DNA from: a virus
Length of the DNA: 64,000 bases
Direction: 5' to 3' (one strand)
Virus record (IMG/VR): IMGVR_UViG_3300017917_001562
Location: 32,001 to 96,000 of that record
Shown piece by piece: positions 56,191 to 64,000 of this stretch. Made by a program: the position numbers and the translations under genes. Under the pieces are notes generated by a model, which did not search any database, was not told the DNA's origin, and saw only the letters and a list, made by a program, of their open reading frames with translations. Every line of letters begins with the position of its first letter. Position 1 is the stretch's first letter.

Positions 56191-59100
56191 TTACTTTCCT
56201 TGTTTAGCTAAAATGCCTGCTTGTTGTAGTGCTGTCTTAAGTGGGCCCGCCGCGGTTGGAGTTTCTGCAGCTTTTAGAACCAATGGAGTTATTGTACCCA
56301 TTGCTCGTTGTTGATCTCTTGTTAAAGGCTTACCGTCATTGGCATTAACAATTGCCTGCGCCAATGCATCAGTGTTTGTTCCCGGAGGAGCAACACTGCC
56401 AATTGTATCTGCTACACCTCTTGCTGTGCTGGCATCAATGGCTTGATCTCTTTTTTGCTGTTGTTGCTGTGGTGTACCTGCTTGACTTGTTGCTTGTGTG
56501 CCCGCTGTTGTATCTTGTGCATAAGGATTGGTAGCTTGTCTTGCTGGGCTAGTTGCTTGCATTGTTGGGTTAGTTGCCAAACTAGGAGGTTCTTCTTCCT
56601 TGATGGGCTTGTCATCTTTATCTTCAATGTCGCGCAATCTTTGCATTAATTTTCCAAGATCAACAGGACCTTGTTTCTTTTCCTGTGCTTTGGCTTTGGC
56701 TCGCAATCTATCAACTAAATCGTCAAACTCATCATAGCTGTAGCGTCCTGCAACTTTTTTATCATCGCGATTTTCTCTCATAGCTATTTGTGTTTGTTGT
56801 GATTGTGCTTGTAATTTATCGTTATATTTTTTATCCATAGAAGCTATCCAATTACCTGCAGTAGTTGATGCTAATGCAGGATTATTTTTGCTAAGGTATG
56901 CCATGCGTTCTTCGTGTGCAGGGGTGCCTGGAGCTCCTGCTTTTCTTGCTAATATATCTGCAACAGTTGCATTTGGCTCAGTTTTGGCAGCATTTAGTAC
57001 CTGATTAGTTCCGGCAGGACCTATAAAGTGTGCGCTGTATACAGTGGCAGGGCTTACTGGAATTTTGTTTCTTTGCAATTCTGCTAAATTATTATTTAAT
57101 AATTGATTTTGCATTGCTTCCTGAGTTTTAGCATCAAACACTGCATTGTCTGGTATGTCTAGTTGTTTTTTAAGGGCATCAAGAGTCGTACCTGTAAAAC
57201 CGTACATACCGACAGCATTGGCTTGCCCGCCTCTGGCCTTTTGAAATTGTTGAACTTCAGACATGGTCATTTGATCTAAAGGTTTTGATTGACCTAGATT
57301 CTGTTGTGACCATTCTTCAGGAGTAATATAAGGTCTTCCTGCATTATCTTTAGCTCGCATCTTGCCACCAAAGAATCCATAGTGTCCGCTATAACTTTGA
57401 CCTTCAAGCCCGCCTACTACTTTATTAAGGTTTGATCGATCTTGATATGAAAGATCGTATTCTGCAGGATTAGCAGCTTTGGCTCTAGAAACAATAATAG
57501 AATCAGTTGGATCTGCCATTCCTACATAAGCCTGTTGGCGAGGTGTAAGCTTAGACCAAGCTTCAGCTTTGGCAGGATCTTTACCAGTCCAAGGATTAAC
57601 ACCCGGGGCTGGTTTTGTTGGTGCAGGTGTTTGTCCTGATGTCCATGGTTCACCGGAACCACTAAGCCATGGCTGACCAGTTGTAGGTGATGTAACGGCA
57701 TTGGGCGGGAGTTCAACTTTACCTGAGGATCCTGCAGGCACAGTAGGCTGTTGCGGTTTTTGTACTGGCGGTTTGGTCGTCGGAGGTTTAGCACCAGCAG
57801 TAAATCCCATTTGTTGGTTCCAATTTGCCGCAATCTTACTTAAAGTGTCACCTTTTTGTACAGTATAAATGTCACCATTGGGTGCTGTAATTTGTTGGCC
57901 TACATAAATCAAATTAGGATTTTTAATCTGCGGATTTAATTTAGCTAACTCTTGCCAAGAAGTAGATTTTAATTTACTGCTATCTCCGTAGGTTGTAGAT
58001 CTTGGATCAGTGTCACTGGTTTTTCTGCCAGATGGATCTAATCCTGTTGAACTTGGCTCCATTTGTTGTGGAAGTTCGTCAGCATCAATTTCTGGTTCCG
58101 GTGTTGTGTCGGGTTGAGTTTTTGCTGAACTGCCTGTGGGGGTAGAAATTCCTGATAGTTGTTGCAGTCTTGCAGTATTATCATCTGTACTAGCTATTGG
58201 TTTAGCCGCTGGTTGTTTAACCAATGGACCTGCAGCTGTTGCTGGTCGTGTAGTATCAGGTTTAACAGGTGTGCTTTGAATTTGTTTTTCTATTTCAGCT
58301 TTTTGTTTTTCTGCCTGTTGTGCTATTTGTTGATCAATTTGACGAATTACAGCTTTATGGTCCGCTGCAGTTGGCGGTTTGTATTCAATACCCGCTTCTG
58401 CACGTTGTTTAGCAAGCCATTCTGCTTCACTTTTGTTTAATTCACCTGAGTATGTACCTAATGCACCTGTCACTCCTATAACACCAGGAATCAATCCTAA
58501 AATGTTTGCAGGTTCTGAATCTGTCCCTTTATAAATTGGTGATGGGTCTCTTTTAGGAAATGCTTTCGGATAAATGCCAAAAGGTGTGCCACCCGGTCCT
58601 TCGATAGGTTTAGTTTCTACGCCTTTATTCCAACCTGGCTTTCCAGGAACCATCTGATCAGATGTTGCACTGGGCGGTGTTGTTGTTGCTGTAGTTGTTG
58701 GTTTTGCGGCGCTAGTATCAGTTGTCTGATTAGGCTCTGCTGCCCAATTGTCTTCTTTAAACTCTTTATATTTTTCTTGTAGCTTACGCTGTATAGCAGT
58801 GTCTTTAGCTGTTTTATCTAATTCACCTAGGACACTTTCTTGTTGTTCTTCACTGCCGCCAACCATTTTATGTTTTGCATCACTGGCCGGATCTGTGCCC
58901 ATCCAGTAACCGGGAAATTTAGGACCAGTAGGATTTTTTGTAGCAGATGACATTGATTCAACAATGTACAAACTTTTTTGTATATCAGTCATTTGTTCAA
59001 ATTCTTTTAAATCTTTTAACGGTTTAAAGTCTGGTATGCCTTTAGGAGGAGTAGGTCCGCCAAAGCGCCAAAAGTCTAATCCACTGCCAATGTTATTGCC

Positions 59101-59550
59101 ACCGGGAATAGGTATAGGCAACGGAACAGTTGGCGAAGGTTTAGTTTCACCTGGCTTAGTTGACTCCGGTTTAGATGGTGTTGGCTCTTGCCTGGGCCCC
59201 GGCGTTGGTTCTTGTTCTGGTCCGGGTATTGGTATAGGAGTTGGTGTAGGTATTGGCTTAACCTCTGGCCCTGGTGTTGGAGCAGGTTGTGGTTTAGGCG
59301 CAGGTGTTGGTTTTACATCGGGCCCAGGAGCAGGCTCTGGTGTGCTTGGGCGTGAAGGTGCTTCACCTGGTTTGGGTTGATCTATCTTTGGTTGGGGTTC
59401 GGGTCTTGGTGTAGGTCTTGGCTCTGGTCTAGGAACCGGTTTTGGCGCTGGCCTAGGCTTTGGTATAGGGAGTTTAGGCAGTGCTAGCTCTGCTAATTTT
59501 TTAGCCTCAACTTCATTTAAAAAGTCCTGAAAACTTTTTTTATCGCTCAT
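56191..59550 (-). CDS. Pro-rich virion protein with LysM and lysozyme/transglycosylase-like domains
   Basis: [31 protein letters not shown]...FD--TQE, YSAHFIG. Confidence 0.75.
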   Translation of the reverse strand: MSDKKSFQDFLNEVEAKKLAELALPKLPIPKPRPAPKPVPRPEPRPTPRPEPQPKIDQPKPGEAPSRPSTPEPAPGPDVKPTPAPKPQPAPTPGPEVKPIPTPTPIPIPGPEQEPTPGPRQEPTPSKPESTKPGETKPSPTVPLPIPIPGGNNIGSGLDFWRFGGPTPPKGIPDFKPLKDLKEFEQMTDIQKSLYIVESMSSATKNPTGPKFPGYWMGTDPASDAKHKMVGGSEEQQESVLGELDKTAKDTAIQRKLQEKYKEFKEDNWAAEPNQTTDTSAAKPTTTATTTPPSATSDQMVPGKPGWNKGVETKPIEGPGGTPFGIYPKAFPKRDPSPIYKGTDSEPANILGLIPGVIGVTGALGTYSGELNKSEAEWLAKQRAEAGIEYKPPTAADHKAVIRQIDQQIAQQAEKQKAEIEKQIQSTPVKPDTTRPATAAGPLVKQPAAKPIASTDDNTARLQQLSGISTPTGSSAKTQPDTTPEPEIDADELPQQMEPSSTGLDPSGRKTSDTDPRSTTYGDSSKLKSTSWQELAKLNPQIKNPNLIYVGQQITAPNGDIYTVQKGDTLSKIAANWNQQMGFTAGAKPPTTKPPVQKPQQPTVPAGSSGKVELPPNAVTSPTTGQPWLSGSGEPWTSGQTPAPTKPAPGVNPWTGKDPAKAEAWSKLTPRQQAYVGMADPTDSIIVSRAKAANPAEYDLSYQDRSNLNKVVGGLEGQSYSGHYGFFGGKMRAKDNAGRPYITPEEWSQQNLGQSKPLDQMTMSEVQQFQKARGGQANAVGMYGFTGTTLDALKKQLDIPDNAVFDAKTQEAMQNQLLNNNLAELQRNKIPVSPATVYSAHFIGPAGTNQVLNAAKTEPNATVADILARKAGAPGTPAHEERMAYLSKNNPALASTTAGNWIASMDKKYNDKLQAQSQQTQIAMRENRDDKKVAGRYSYDEFDDLVDRLRAKAKAQEKKQGPVDLGKLMQRLRDIEDKDDKPIKEEEPPSLATNPTMQATSPARQATNPYAQDTTAGTQATSQAGTPQQQQQKRDQAIDASTARGVADTIGSVAPPGTNTDALAQAIVNANDGKPLTRDQQRAMGTITPLVLKAAETPTAAGPLKTALQQAGILAKQGK

Positions 59551-60128
59551 TACTTTTTAGCCTTAGGTTGCTTGTAAGTGCCGCCAAATAGTGTGCCTGT
59601 TTTGGCTTTGTTTTTAGGTGTAGGATTAACTACTGTAGCAACACTACCTGAAGACATTTCTTTTACTTGCTGATGGCCTTTGTTTGTGCCCAACAACTGT
59701 TGTTGTTTTTGTTTCAATTCCTTAAACAATTCTCCAGCTCTGGTGCTGTAACCTTCAACTTCAAGCGCATACTGGCCGATTTGTGCATCTGTGGCAGTCT
59801 TTAACCATTCATCGCTTTCTCTTTCCATTGGAGCGTTTTCTGCTATGGCCATTACATCAACTTGTTCCGGTTGCGCGGCCGCAGTCATTAACTCATATTC
59901 CATGTATTCTAACACGGTTTTTAAATAGTCATTTGCCAGTGTAATCTTACTGCTGACCCAGCCTTCTAAACCTTGGCGCTCGTCAACATTGCGTAATAAT
60001 TTGTGTAGTTTCAGTGCGTACTCGGCAGCGTGGTATAGTTCTTCACGAGCCATTTGTACTTCGTGGTCTTGATGCACTGAACTTGCATCTTCAACAAAGT
60101 TTTCGCCTAAAAAATGTGAACTTTTCAT
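59550..60128 (-). CDS. Hypothetical protein, probable head-internal protein
   Basis: DHEVQMAR...LEGWVSSKIT; TAAATA upstream. Confidence 0.7.
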   Translation of the reverse strand: MKSSHFLGENFVEDASSVHQDHEVQMAREELYHAAEYALKLHKLLRNVDERQGLEGWVSSKITLANDYLKTVLEYMEYELMTAAAQPEQVDVMAIAENAPMERESDEWLKTATDAQIGQYALEVEGYSTRAGELFKELKQKQQQLLGTNKGHQQVKEMSSGSVATVVNPTPKNKAKTGTLFGGTYKQPKAKK

Positions 60129-60157
60129 AGTTTTATCCTGGATATTGTATATTTAGT

Positions 60158-60469
60158 TTAGATAATAAACTTACCGCAGTCTCTGTGTTTTATTGTATCA
60201 TTGAAAGAAAGTGGATAAAATTTATTGTTTATGGCAAAATTTGCCATTCTGAATATACTAGTGTTTATACTTTTGTTAACGGATTCTATTTTTATTGTGT
60301 GTTCGCCTGGTTCTAGTTCTGCTACCAGTATTTCTCTAACCCAATTATGTGGATTGCGCCATATGTATGTTCGTTCAGTATATAAATCGTTGTCTATATA
60401 AAGTCTATATGCTTCGGGTTCAGTTTGCCATTCGCAATAAACATCAACTTCAATTCTTAGATCCTGCAT
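60158..60469 (-). CDS. Hypothetical beta-rich protein
   Basis: YRLYIDNDLYTER...LEPGEH. Confidence 0.65.
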   Translation of the reverse strand: MQDLRIEVDVYCEWQTEPEAYRLYIDNDLYTERTYIWRNPHNWVREILVAELEPGEHTIKIESVNKSINTSIFRMANFAINNKFYPLSFNDTIKHRDCGKFII

Positions 60470-60986
60470 TTTCCTTACCTCGACGCATGTTAAGCTGCCA
60501 GCGAGCCATGCGACCTTTTTCGCCTTCGGCATGTTTGAATTTTTCAAGTTGTGCTATTGTAGCATTTTTAGGAATGCCCATTCTTTGGCTGAGACCTTTA
60601 CGACCTGGGTTTTTACCATCAGCAAAGTTTTCTCCTACATTATAAGTAGGATCTAACTTTTGTCTAGGCCCTTTTACAGTACTAGGGGGATCTATGTCAG
60701 TAGTTTTAAGGCCTGTTTTTTCTAGGTCTTTAATATATTTGTGTTCTTCTTCTTCACTGCCAAATGCCATAATGGTACTTGGTGGCCCTTGTCCAAAATC
60801 ATGATGGCCTAGTCCTTTTAAGTTACTGATATGTTGTCCTAATTTATACCAGTCGTAGACATCGCTGACATCTACTCGCACTGTACCTTGGGGCATAGTT
60901 GGTTTAAATTCGGGACCTGGGGGAGTATCATTTGGGTGATAATCTTCATCAAAATCCCTATGTTTAATAAACTCTTTTGCTCGCAT
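60450..60986 (-). CDS. Hypothetical protein, probable head-internal protein
   Basis: MRAKEFI N-terminus; VGE followed by an NFADGK module. Confidence 0.7.
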   Translation of the reverse strand: MRAKEFIKHRDFDEDYHPNDTPPGPEFKPTMPQGTVRVDVSDVYDWYKLGQHISNLKGLGHHDFGQGPPSTIMAFGSEEEEHKYIKDLEKTGLKTTDIDPPSTVKGPRQKLDPTYNVGENFADGKNPGRKGLSQRMGIPKNATIAQLEKFKHAEGEKGRMARWQLNMRRGKENAGSKN

Positions 60987-62461
60987 TATAGATCCAATGG
61001 CTTACTTTGAATAGCTTCCGGGTGTTCTTTGTTAAAGTGTCGCATAATAATGCCTGCTTCGGCATTAGCTTCATTTTCAATTGGAGTGCCGGTCTCGCCG
61101 GCGCCTGCGTACATTTCACCATCTAAGTATTGTTTAAAATGTACTAGTTCATGCGCTAATGTACGCAGTATATCTACAGGGTGTCTATTTGCAATACCTA
61201 AATAAATTTTTAATTCATCATTAACAAAACGACCAAATGTTGCTTGACCGTCGTGTGCTTTTAAATGTTTTTGAATTTTAATGTGAGGTAATTTATCGAG
61301 TTCTAAGTGTTTAGCTGCCAACGGCAAAAAATCAGCCAGCATCTTAGATATTTCTTCATAGCTTGCCCCGGTACCCTGATCTTCAGTCACTGATTTACTT
61401 TTTGTACTGTGTCCTGCTTGTCTTGCACGACGGCCAGCACAGTGAGCTCGTTGACTAAAACCTTTTGGATTGCTACAGTTGATGCTTTTCTTATATTTCT
61501 TAGTCCACTTTTCCTCAAGCTCTTCTTCACCGTAACCTAACTGTGCCGCAGCTTGTTGTTGTGGACTAGCAATACCCGGTGGAGTAACTAAAGGCATACG
61601 AGGCTGTTCAGCTAATTTAAAGGCTTTAAGATTTTTTTGTATTGCGCCAGGTCTTATGTCCTGTGTCAAGCTCATGCTGTATCTAGGATCTTTAGCTTGT
61701 TTCTTGCTGGCGATAACACCAACCCCGCCCATTTCCTCAAGGTGTCCGGGAATAGGACTGGCAGTGCCTGCACCGTCAGGCATGATGTCTTCATTGGAAG
61801 TTGCGGGAATTTTATCAAAGATTGCAGCTAATTCTTGACTGGGTTTTGAATACATTTGTGTAAGGAATTCAGCACGGGCTTTAGCGTCTTTACGAATCTG
61901 ATTCCATAAATTACGGCATTCTGTTCCGTGACTTACATCGTAATCCTTGCCTTTAATTTTAATTGTTTTGTGTATTTCAGGAATTACAATAACATAACCG
62001 TGTTGGTCAGCAGTAGCAGGATTTTTGTTTGTAGGATCCCATACTTTATAATAACTGGGACTGCCGGCGGGTTTTGTTATGTTACCATCTTTATCTTTTT
62101 GATCCCGTTTAGTGAATGTATCTGGATTTAATCTGTCTGCATCTGGCGCACCAACTGCTGTAATTAAAATTGTTGTAGTGGGATCAAAAGCTTCTGGTAA
62201 TACATACATCTTGTTGGTTTCAACAATATGATTTCCGGGAACACCTGCAGCTGTGATTAATTGGTACTTGTCGTTAAAGTTAAATGGGCTTTTAGCACTA
62301 CTGGTATCATTGCTAGTTAAAATGAAAACATTTTCATTGCCAAACTTCTTTTGTAGTTGTGCAAAAACCCCTGCATGTCCTTGATGGAAAGGCTGAAAAC
62401 GGCCGGGGTAAGTGACAACGACACGGGGTTTATTTTGTTCGTATAATTCGTGGGCAAACAT
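60986..62461 (-). CDS. Modular protein: HxGH nucleotidyltransferase plus C-terminal HExxH metallopeptidase
   Basis: YPGRFQPFHQGH; TLAHELVH--Q...E-EANA. Confidence 0.75.
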   Translation of the reverse strand: MFAHELYEQNKPRVVVTYPGRFQPFHQGHAGVFAQLQKKFGNENVFILTSNDTSSAKSPFNFNDKYQLITAAGVPGNHIVETNKMYVLPEAFDPTTTILITAVGAPDADRLNPDTFTKRDQKDKDGNITKPAGSPSYYKVWDPTNKNPATADQHGYVIVIPEIHKTIKIKGKDYDVSHGTECRNLWNQIRKDAKARAEFLTQMYSKPSQELAAIFDKIPATSNEDIMPDGAGTASPIPGHLEEMGGVGVIASKKQAKDPRYSMSLTQDIRPGAIQKNLKAFKLAEQPRMPLVTPPGIASPQQQAAAQLGYGEEELEEKWTKKYKKSINCSNPKGFSQRAHCAGRRARQAGHSTKSKSVTEDQGTGASYEEISKMLADFLPLAAKHLELDKLPHIKIQKHLKAHDGQATFGRFVNDELKIYLGIANRHPVDILRTLAHELVHFKQYLDGEMYAGAGETGTPIENEANAEAGIIMRHFNKEHPEAIQSKPLDL

Positions 62462-62491
62462 ACTGTACTATTTCTATTACAGTATTTAGCT

Positions 62492-62935
62492 TCATGTATT
62501 TTTTAAGAACCAAAGATAAAACGGACTAGTAAACTTTAATCTATAACTGCCGTTCCAACCTAAGTTGAGGCATCCCTCAATAGTAGAGTTTTCTGGATTA
62601 TCTGCTACAAATTCACTGTGCGACCATTTCAAATATTTTAATTCAATGTCATCAATTTCGATACTTTCGATGTTTAATAACATATCTTGAACGATCTCTG
62701 AGGTAACCTCATTTGTGATAGTATCCCCTGCTTCTTTATTTTCTAGTCTTATTTCTAATAAATGCTCTTGATCTTCGTCGAGTTCACATGTAAATCTATA
62801 AAGTTCAGTATCTTGCTTGGCATAGCCTGAAACCATTTCTTGTCCATCGAGTCTAATAGAAAATTTAGGTAATTTCTCCCAAAAAGTTCCATTTAATCCT
62901 ATACAAAAAGAAATTTTTTCTTTATATTGAGTCAT
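62492..62935 (-). CDS. Hypothetical protein, paralog of the next ORF
   Basis: EHLLEIRLENK...DMLL...NGS--LKF--PFYLW. Confidence 0.7.
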   Translation of the reverse strand: MTQYKEKISFCIGLNGTFWEKLPKFSIRLDGQEMVSGYAKQDTELYRFTCELDEDQEHLLEIRLENKEAGDTITNEVTSEIVQDMLLNIESIEIDDIELKYLKWSHSEFVADNPENSTIEGCLNLGWNGSYRLKFTSPFYLWFLKNT

Positions 62936-62938
62936 TTA

Positions 62939-63382
62939 TTAACCATTTTCCATCATCCATAGATAAAATGGAACAGAAAATTTAAGCTGAAAACTACCAT
63001 TATAACCCAAATCTGTACAATTTAATTGTGGTTCTATATTAGGATTATCGGGCAAATATTTTCCCTTATCAGCAATTAAATAGTCTAGATCTATTTCATC
63101 TATTTTAATGCTGTGTATATGTAACAGCATGTCTTTTATAATATTCTTTTTTTCACTGTCTAATAAAGTATCTTTTTTGTTTTTATTCTCTAACCTTATT
63201 TCTAATAGATGTTCTTGGTCTTTTTCTAAATCCGCTGTAAATTCATATATACATGGCGTAGTGTCTGCAAACCCGGACAAATATTTTTTACCATCTATTA
63301 GAATTCTGAACTGTGGCGGCTTAAACCAATAGTCGCCACTTAGTTCTATATCAAATCTAATAGATTCTTTAAGCTGACTCAT
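62939..63382 (-). CDS. Hypothetical protein, paralog of the previous ORF
   Basis: Same motifs as 62492-62935. Confidence 0.7.
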   Translation of the reverse strand: MSQLKESIRFDIELSGDYWFKPPQFRILIDGKKYLSGFADTTPCIYEFTADLEKDQEHLLEIRLENKNKKDTLLDSEKKNIIKDMLLHIHSIKIDEIDLDYLIADKGKYLPDNPNIEPQLNCTDLGYNGSFQLKFSVPFYLWMMENG

Positions 63383-63998
63383 TGGCTGTTTCTTGAGCCC
63401 TAGCCAATGCTTCTGCAGCTGCAGCTTTTTGTGCTTCGATAGCTGCTTGGCCTTCAGGACTGTCAGCGGAAACACGCTTCAAGCCTTTACGCTCCAATGC
63501 CGCCAAGTCGCCCTTGAATTCATAATGTCCAATGTGGTTCAACAGTACACGGCTGTCTGCCCAAATGTCACCACCCATTGCTTGCCAGCGACGGCAGAAT
63601 GTCCAGTCTTCGCTCAAGTAGTGTCCACGCTCGTCAATAACAGTATCAAAAATACTGTACATGAAAGGCTCGTATTGCTTGCCTAGACCGATGTCATCGA
63701 CATATTTGCACTCTGGATGAGCTTTAATTAATTGCTCATACACAGATTTTCTAAACAACAAGAAACCTGTACCTTGCGTGTCAACTTGGAAGATAGGACC
63801 TTCAATGCGGCCACCGTTTTTCAAGTTAATAACATAGTCAATGGGCAATGACTTCTTAGGATACAATCCACCGATAACATCTTTGTCTGCAGCAATCATA
63901 CCAAAGATAGCTTCTGGTTCAAAACGAATGTCTGCGTCAATGAACATAAAGTGAGTAGCCGCTGCATTGGTCATCATTTTAGCGCACAGGTTATTTCG
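63369..63998 (-). CDS. GT-A glycosyltransferase, 5' partial
   Basis: FIDADI DxD motif, GTGFLL, LSEDWTFC, HIG. Confidence 0.8.
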   Translation of the reverse strand, partial: RNNLCAKMMTNAAATHFMFIDADIRFEPEAIFGMIAADKDVIGGLYPKKSLPIDYVINLKNGGRIEGPIFQVDTQGTGFLLFRKSVYEQLIKAHPECKYVDDIGLGKQYEPFMYSIFDTVIDERGHYLSEDWTFCRRWQAMGGDIWADSRVLLNHIGHYEFKGDLAALERKGLKRVSADSPEGQAAIEAQKAAAAEALARAQETANESA

Positions 63999-64000
63999 TG

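Noticed and set aside
59090-59480. Pro-rich region as a DNA tandem-repeat element
   Set aside because: The repetition is at amino-acid level with varied codons, i.e. an ordinary low-complexity linker.
341-63686. Numerous antisense or nested ORFs in the supplied track (e.g. 805-1275, 21476-21976, 22986-23507, 52076-52588, 58964-59380)
   Set aside because: They are shadows of well-supported genes on the opposite strand or frame, with no RBS or motifs.
1-64000. tRNA/rRNA genes or stop-codon recoding
   Set aside because: No cloverleaf was recognised in the short intergenic gaps, and known enzymes are full length under the standard code.

Overview
This is a 64 kb segment of a large AT-rich lytic dsDNA phage of T4-like/jumbo type. 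It uses the standard genetic code, is densely coding, and is mostly on the minus strand after 7 kb. From left to right it contains: (1) sugar/sulfur-modification genes (radical SAM, carbamoyltransferase, APS kinase, aminotransferase, epimerase); (2) dCMP deaminase, thyA and DHFR; (3) a 7 kb tandem array of about 23 divergent ~70-130 aa paralogs ending in F-x-L-[RK]-W-x, many joined by a conserved 14-bp TGAGGTGGTCATGA junction that is at once C-terminal codons, RBS, stop and next start, lying directly downstream of a MoxR-like AAA ATPase and vWA-metallopeptidase pair; (4) RNase H and a 7-deazaguanine DNA-modification locus with no queC in the window (queE, queD, folE, yhhQ, DpdL-like, DpdA/TGT-like, guaC, PRTase, glycosyltransferase), with a preQ1-I-like pseudoknot in the queD leader; (5) sliding clamp, family B DNA polymerase and Dps; (6) probable capsid-internal proteins, including a 1215-aa modular polyprotein punctuated by a nucleotide-conserved QGVAEG linker. 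Two GIY-YIG-like endonuclease genes share a covarying structured leader. I recognised no tRNA, CRISPR array, reverse transcriptase or integrase. All family calls come from motifs read by eye, not from database searches.
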